Assembly (NCBI GenBank): GCA_965249555.1
Contig: OZ252243.1
Coordinates: 1,856,001 to 1,920,000, forward strand
DNA length: 64,000 nt
Reading direction: 5' to 3'
Origin: Nitrosopumilus sp.
Lineage (GTDB): Archaea > Thermoproteota > Nitrososphaeria > Nitrososphaerales > Nitrosopumilaceae
Below are positions 61,423 through 64,000 of the stretch, piece after piece (the stretch's first letter is position 1; the number at the start of each line of letters is the position of its first letter). The notes beneath the pieces were generated by a model that was not told where the DNA came from, made no database searches, and was given only the letters and a program-made list of their open reading frames with translations. The position numbers and the translations under genes are program-made.

Positions 61423-61615
61423 TTAATGCACCAACAATATTCATGTTTTGTATGGTATCTTTTACATCTGGCATCTCTTCAAGATAAAGACTGACTGCTT
61501 CTTTGATATTTGCCAGTGCTTCTTCAATTGTTTGACCCTGTGTAGTGACACCAGTAGCTGCTTCTTTTATCACGTACATATCATCTTCTTTCCAACATAT
61601 TGTTTGTAATTTCAT
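61406..61615 (-). CDS. hicB: HicB-family antitoxin (short form)
   Basis: GVTTQGQTIEEALANIKEAVSLYLE. Confidence 0.9.
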   Translation of the reverse strand: MKLQTICWKEDDMYVIKEAATGVTTQGQTIEEALANIKEAVSLYLEEMPDVKDTIQNMNIVGALSVEIS

Positions 61616-61746
61616 GTCTTATTTTTGAGTTCAAATTATTTTAATCTTTTTGGTGCACGGTTACTGTTAGCGAGGGATAATATGAAATTTCTGGATTAAA
61701 TCTGAACGTTGAACATTAGGCTAATCATCAAAGAACAACTAAACTC

Positions 61747-61837
61747 GTCAGGGTCGCATAGTTTGGTATATTGCGTGAGATTGAAAATCTCTTGATCGAG
61801 GACCTCGATTTCGTGGGTTCAAGTCCCACCCCTGACG
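61747..61837 (+). tRNA. Class II tRNA with Ser-type body (long variable arm, G73) but GAA anticodon
   Basis: GTCAGGG/CCCTGAC-G acceptor; GAGA-TTGAAAA-TCTC anticodon arm; ATCGAG/CTCGAT variable stem; GTGGG TTCAAGT CCCAC T-arm. Confidence 0.8.
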
Positions 61838-62430
61838 GGTTTATGATTTTTGTATTCTTTGATTCTTTAAAAAGTTTCATTATTTATTCATTCTGTCATG
61901 ATATTTTTGTTTCAACATCTTATTTTTGGGCATCATCATTTGTTGTTGCAAATGCCATTGTTGATACAGGACCAGAAGTTCCACCTTGAATTATACTAAC
62001 CACTCTCATGTCTTGATGATCAGTTAAAGTAATTGGTATATCTTCTCCTAGATTCCAATCAATTTCATTTGAAATTGTAAGAATTTCAAAGTTTAGATTT
62101 GGATATGCAGTTTCTAAGATTTGACGGTATTGTGGAATTAAATATTCATCTTCTACATCTACTGTAATTAGTAAGTGATTATAGTTTTACACTAAAAAAT
62201 GCAGATATCTTTGCCAAAGAATCTTGTACCGGAGTATTGAACGGTAACTATGAGCAAGCAATTAAAATCCTTTATGAATTAATTATGAAATCAAATTGAT
62301 AATATCATGTAAAATGCTTGGATTTTGTTGGTAATGATATGTAAGTTTTAGAATCATTGTTCAGAATTTCTCTTTTTGTCAACAATTCATAAACTACTCT
62401 TTTTAACAAGAGTCAGTTATTGGTATAATC

Positions 62431-63237
62431 ATGGCTAAAAGATACAACTCCCCAATTACTTATCGATTAAAGGAAATTCCCATTAAATACATCAAAATAT
62501 GGAAGGATGCCCAGGCAAGAAAACTAGACAGGGAAGGAATCGCAGAACTTGCCCGTTCCATCAAAAATGAGGGATTGCAGAATCCGCCAATGGTCCAAAA
62601 GGAATCAAAAAACTCGTATTTGTTACTGTCTGGACAGAGAAGGCTTGCTGCCCTGAAAAGGTTGGGTGCAAAGAAGATACCAGTGTTATTGCTTACACAT
62701 AGTACGAAATATGACTTGGAGGATGCAAAGGCAGCATCAGTGGTTGAGAACCTGCATCGAAACAAAATGAACACAAAGGACATGACGGCAGCATGTGTAT
62801 TTTTGACAGAATCAGTTGGAAAAAATAAAGCTGCAAAATCACTAGGAATATCATCACAAACTCTCAAGAAATACCTTGGATTTGCAGCGGTTCCAGATAG
62901 ATTGAGGCAGTTTGTACCAAAGGAGCTGTCTCGTGATGATTGTGTGAAATTATATCAGGTCATCCCAAATCTATCAAAGGCTGTATCTGTTGCAGAGAAG
63001 ATCATTCCACTGGACCAGAAACTACGAAGAGAGTATCTCAAGGTTTTGAGTCGTAGTCCAAAATCATCGCATCTCAAGTTGCTCAAGAAAGCAAAGAGTG
63101 GATTACTCCAACAGAGAGTTGTTATTTTGTTGAACAAGGGCAATGCCCGGAAACTGCGTAGTTTGGCTGTGAGAAAAGATATGGATGTTGTAGAGATGGC
63201 AGATGATATACTTTCTGATTATCTGAAAAGAAAGTAA
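62431..63237 (+). CDS. ParB/Spo0J/RepB-family protein
   Basis: ELARSIKNEGLQNP, LSGQRRLAA, VENLHR motifs and HTH. Confidence 0.9.
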   Translation: MAKRYNSPITYRLKEIPIKYIKIWKDAQARKLDREGIAELARSIKNEGLQNPPMVQKESKNSYLLLSGQRRLAALKRLGAKKIPVLLLTHSTKYDLEDAKAASVVENLHRNKMNTKDMTAACVFLTESVGKNKAAKSLGISSQTLKKYLGFAAVPDRLRQFVPKELSRDDCVKLYQVIPNLSKAVSVAEKIIPLDQKLRREYLKVLSRSPKSSHLKLLKKAKSGLLQQRVVILLNKGNARKLRSLAVRKDMDVVEMADDILSDYLKRK

Positions 63238-63325
63238 ATCTGGGAACAAATCATAATAATCCTGTAAAATCAAATCATTGAAAACCATGTACTAAACATA
63301 AATTTAGTCATTTGTGAGAATTTGT

Positions 63326-64000
63326 ATGATTTCAGGTTTTGCAACTTTTGAGGGAACTACAAAATTTGCTCAGAATTCAGGCATAAATCAAACTAATTTC
63401 AAAAAGTTTGAAAATCTCACTCTTTCCAATGTCGGTATTGGAACATATCTTGGTGATCCAGATTCTAGAACCGATGAATTAGTTACTAGTGCTGTAAAAC
63501 AATCCATTACTTCTGGAATCAATGTTATTGATACTGCAATAAACTATCGTTCTCAAAAGGCTGAGCGTTCAGTTGGAAAAGCTATTTCTGAATTAATCCA
63601 AGAAGAAAAAATTTCACGTGATCAGATATTCCTTAGTACTAAAAATGGGTATGTGACAAATGACGCAGATGTTCAGCTAGGTTTTTGGGAATATGTCAAA
63701 GAAGAATATGCTCAAAAAGGTGTCATCAACGAGGGTGATATTACATCTGGGTATCATTGTATGACTCCAACTTATCTTTCTGATCAGCTAGATCGTAGTT
63801 TAAAAAATTTAGATTTAGAATGTGTTGATTTGATGTATTTACACAATGCAGTTGAAGGTCAAATCAAAGATGTTTCAAAAGAGCAATTCTTAGAGAATTT
63901 GAAATCTGTCTTTGAATTATATGAACAAAAACGTGATGAGGGAAAAATCAAATTCTATGGAATGGCAACTTGGGAATGTTTCAGAGTTTCACATGATAAT
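63326..64000 (+). CDS. Aldo/keto reductase (3'-partial)
   Basis: GIGTYLG, GINVIDTAINY, STKNG and SLKNLDLECVDLMYLHN motifs; open to the window end. Confidence 0.9.
   Translation, partial: MISGFATFEGTTKFAQNSGINQTNFKKFENLTLSNVGIGTYLGDPDSRTDELVTSAVKQSITSGINVIDTAINYRSQKAERSVGKAISELIQEEKISRDQIFLSTKNGYVTNDADVQLGFWEYVKEEYAQKGVINEGDITSGYHCMTPTYLSDQLDRSLKNLDLECVDLMYLHNAVEGQIKDVSKEQFLENLKSVFELYEQKRDEGKIKFYGMATWECFRVSHDN

Noticed and set aside
61780-61787. Reading the tRNA as Ser(TGA)
   Set aside because: That register breaks the anticodon stem pairing; only the GAA register pairs.
61771-61989. 72-aa ORF in the track
   Set aside because: It overlaps the tRNA gene; spurious.

Overview
AT-rich archaeal chromosome segment, most consistent with a Nitrosopumilus-like thaumarchaeon (aEF-2, TFB, PurP, futalosine-pathway MqnE/MqnD, PEFG-CTERM cupredoxin, PAC2, Fe/Mn SOD, CBS-TrkH). 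It carries many mobile elements: three IS3 copies, IS5-like, IS630, IS6-like and IS110 remnants, and several IS-split pseudogenes. There are four accessory zones. (i) 1-2.7 kb: a GHKL/MORC-like protein with a putative AbiEi-like C-terminus, followed by an AbiEii nucleotidyltransferase. (ii) 7.5-13.3 kb: an insertion bounded by TGTTT that splits a host gene and shares one end with the DNA just after parB. (iii) 26.4-30.8 kb: a composite unit bounded by two 260-bp MITEs with an 8-bp TSD. Its virus/plasmid-like cargo includes a GNAT toxin-antitoxin pair, an orphan 2-repeat CRISPR mini-array and the most unusual feature of the window: a tRNA-like gene with an Ala-type acceptor stem (G3:U70, A73) but an AAG (Leu) anticodon, placed head-to-head with two tandem short units whose minus-strand transcripts would pair with its anticodon arm (candidate mistranslating-tRNA toxin / antisense-RNA antitoxin). 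(iv) 56.6-62 kb: an IS pile-up with hicBA and a second identity-mismatched tRNA (Ser-type body, GAA anticodon). All calls come from reading the sequence by eye; no searches were run.
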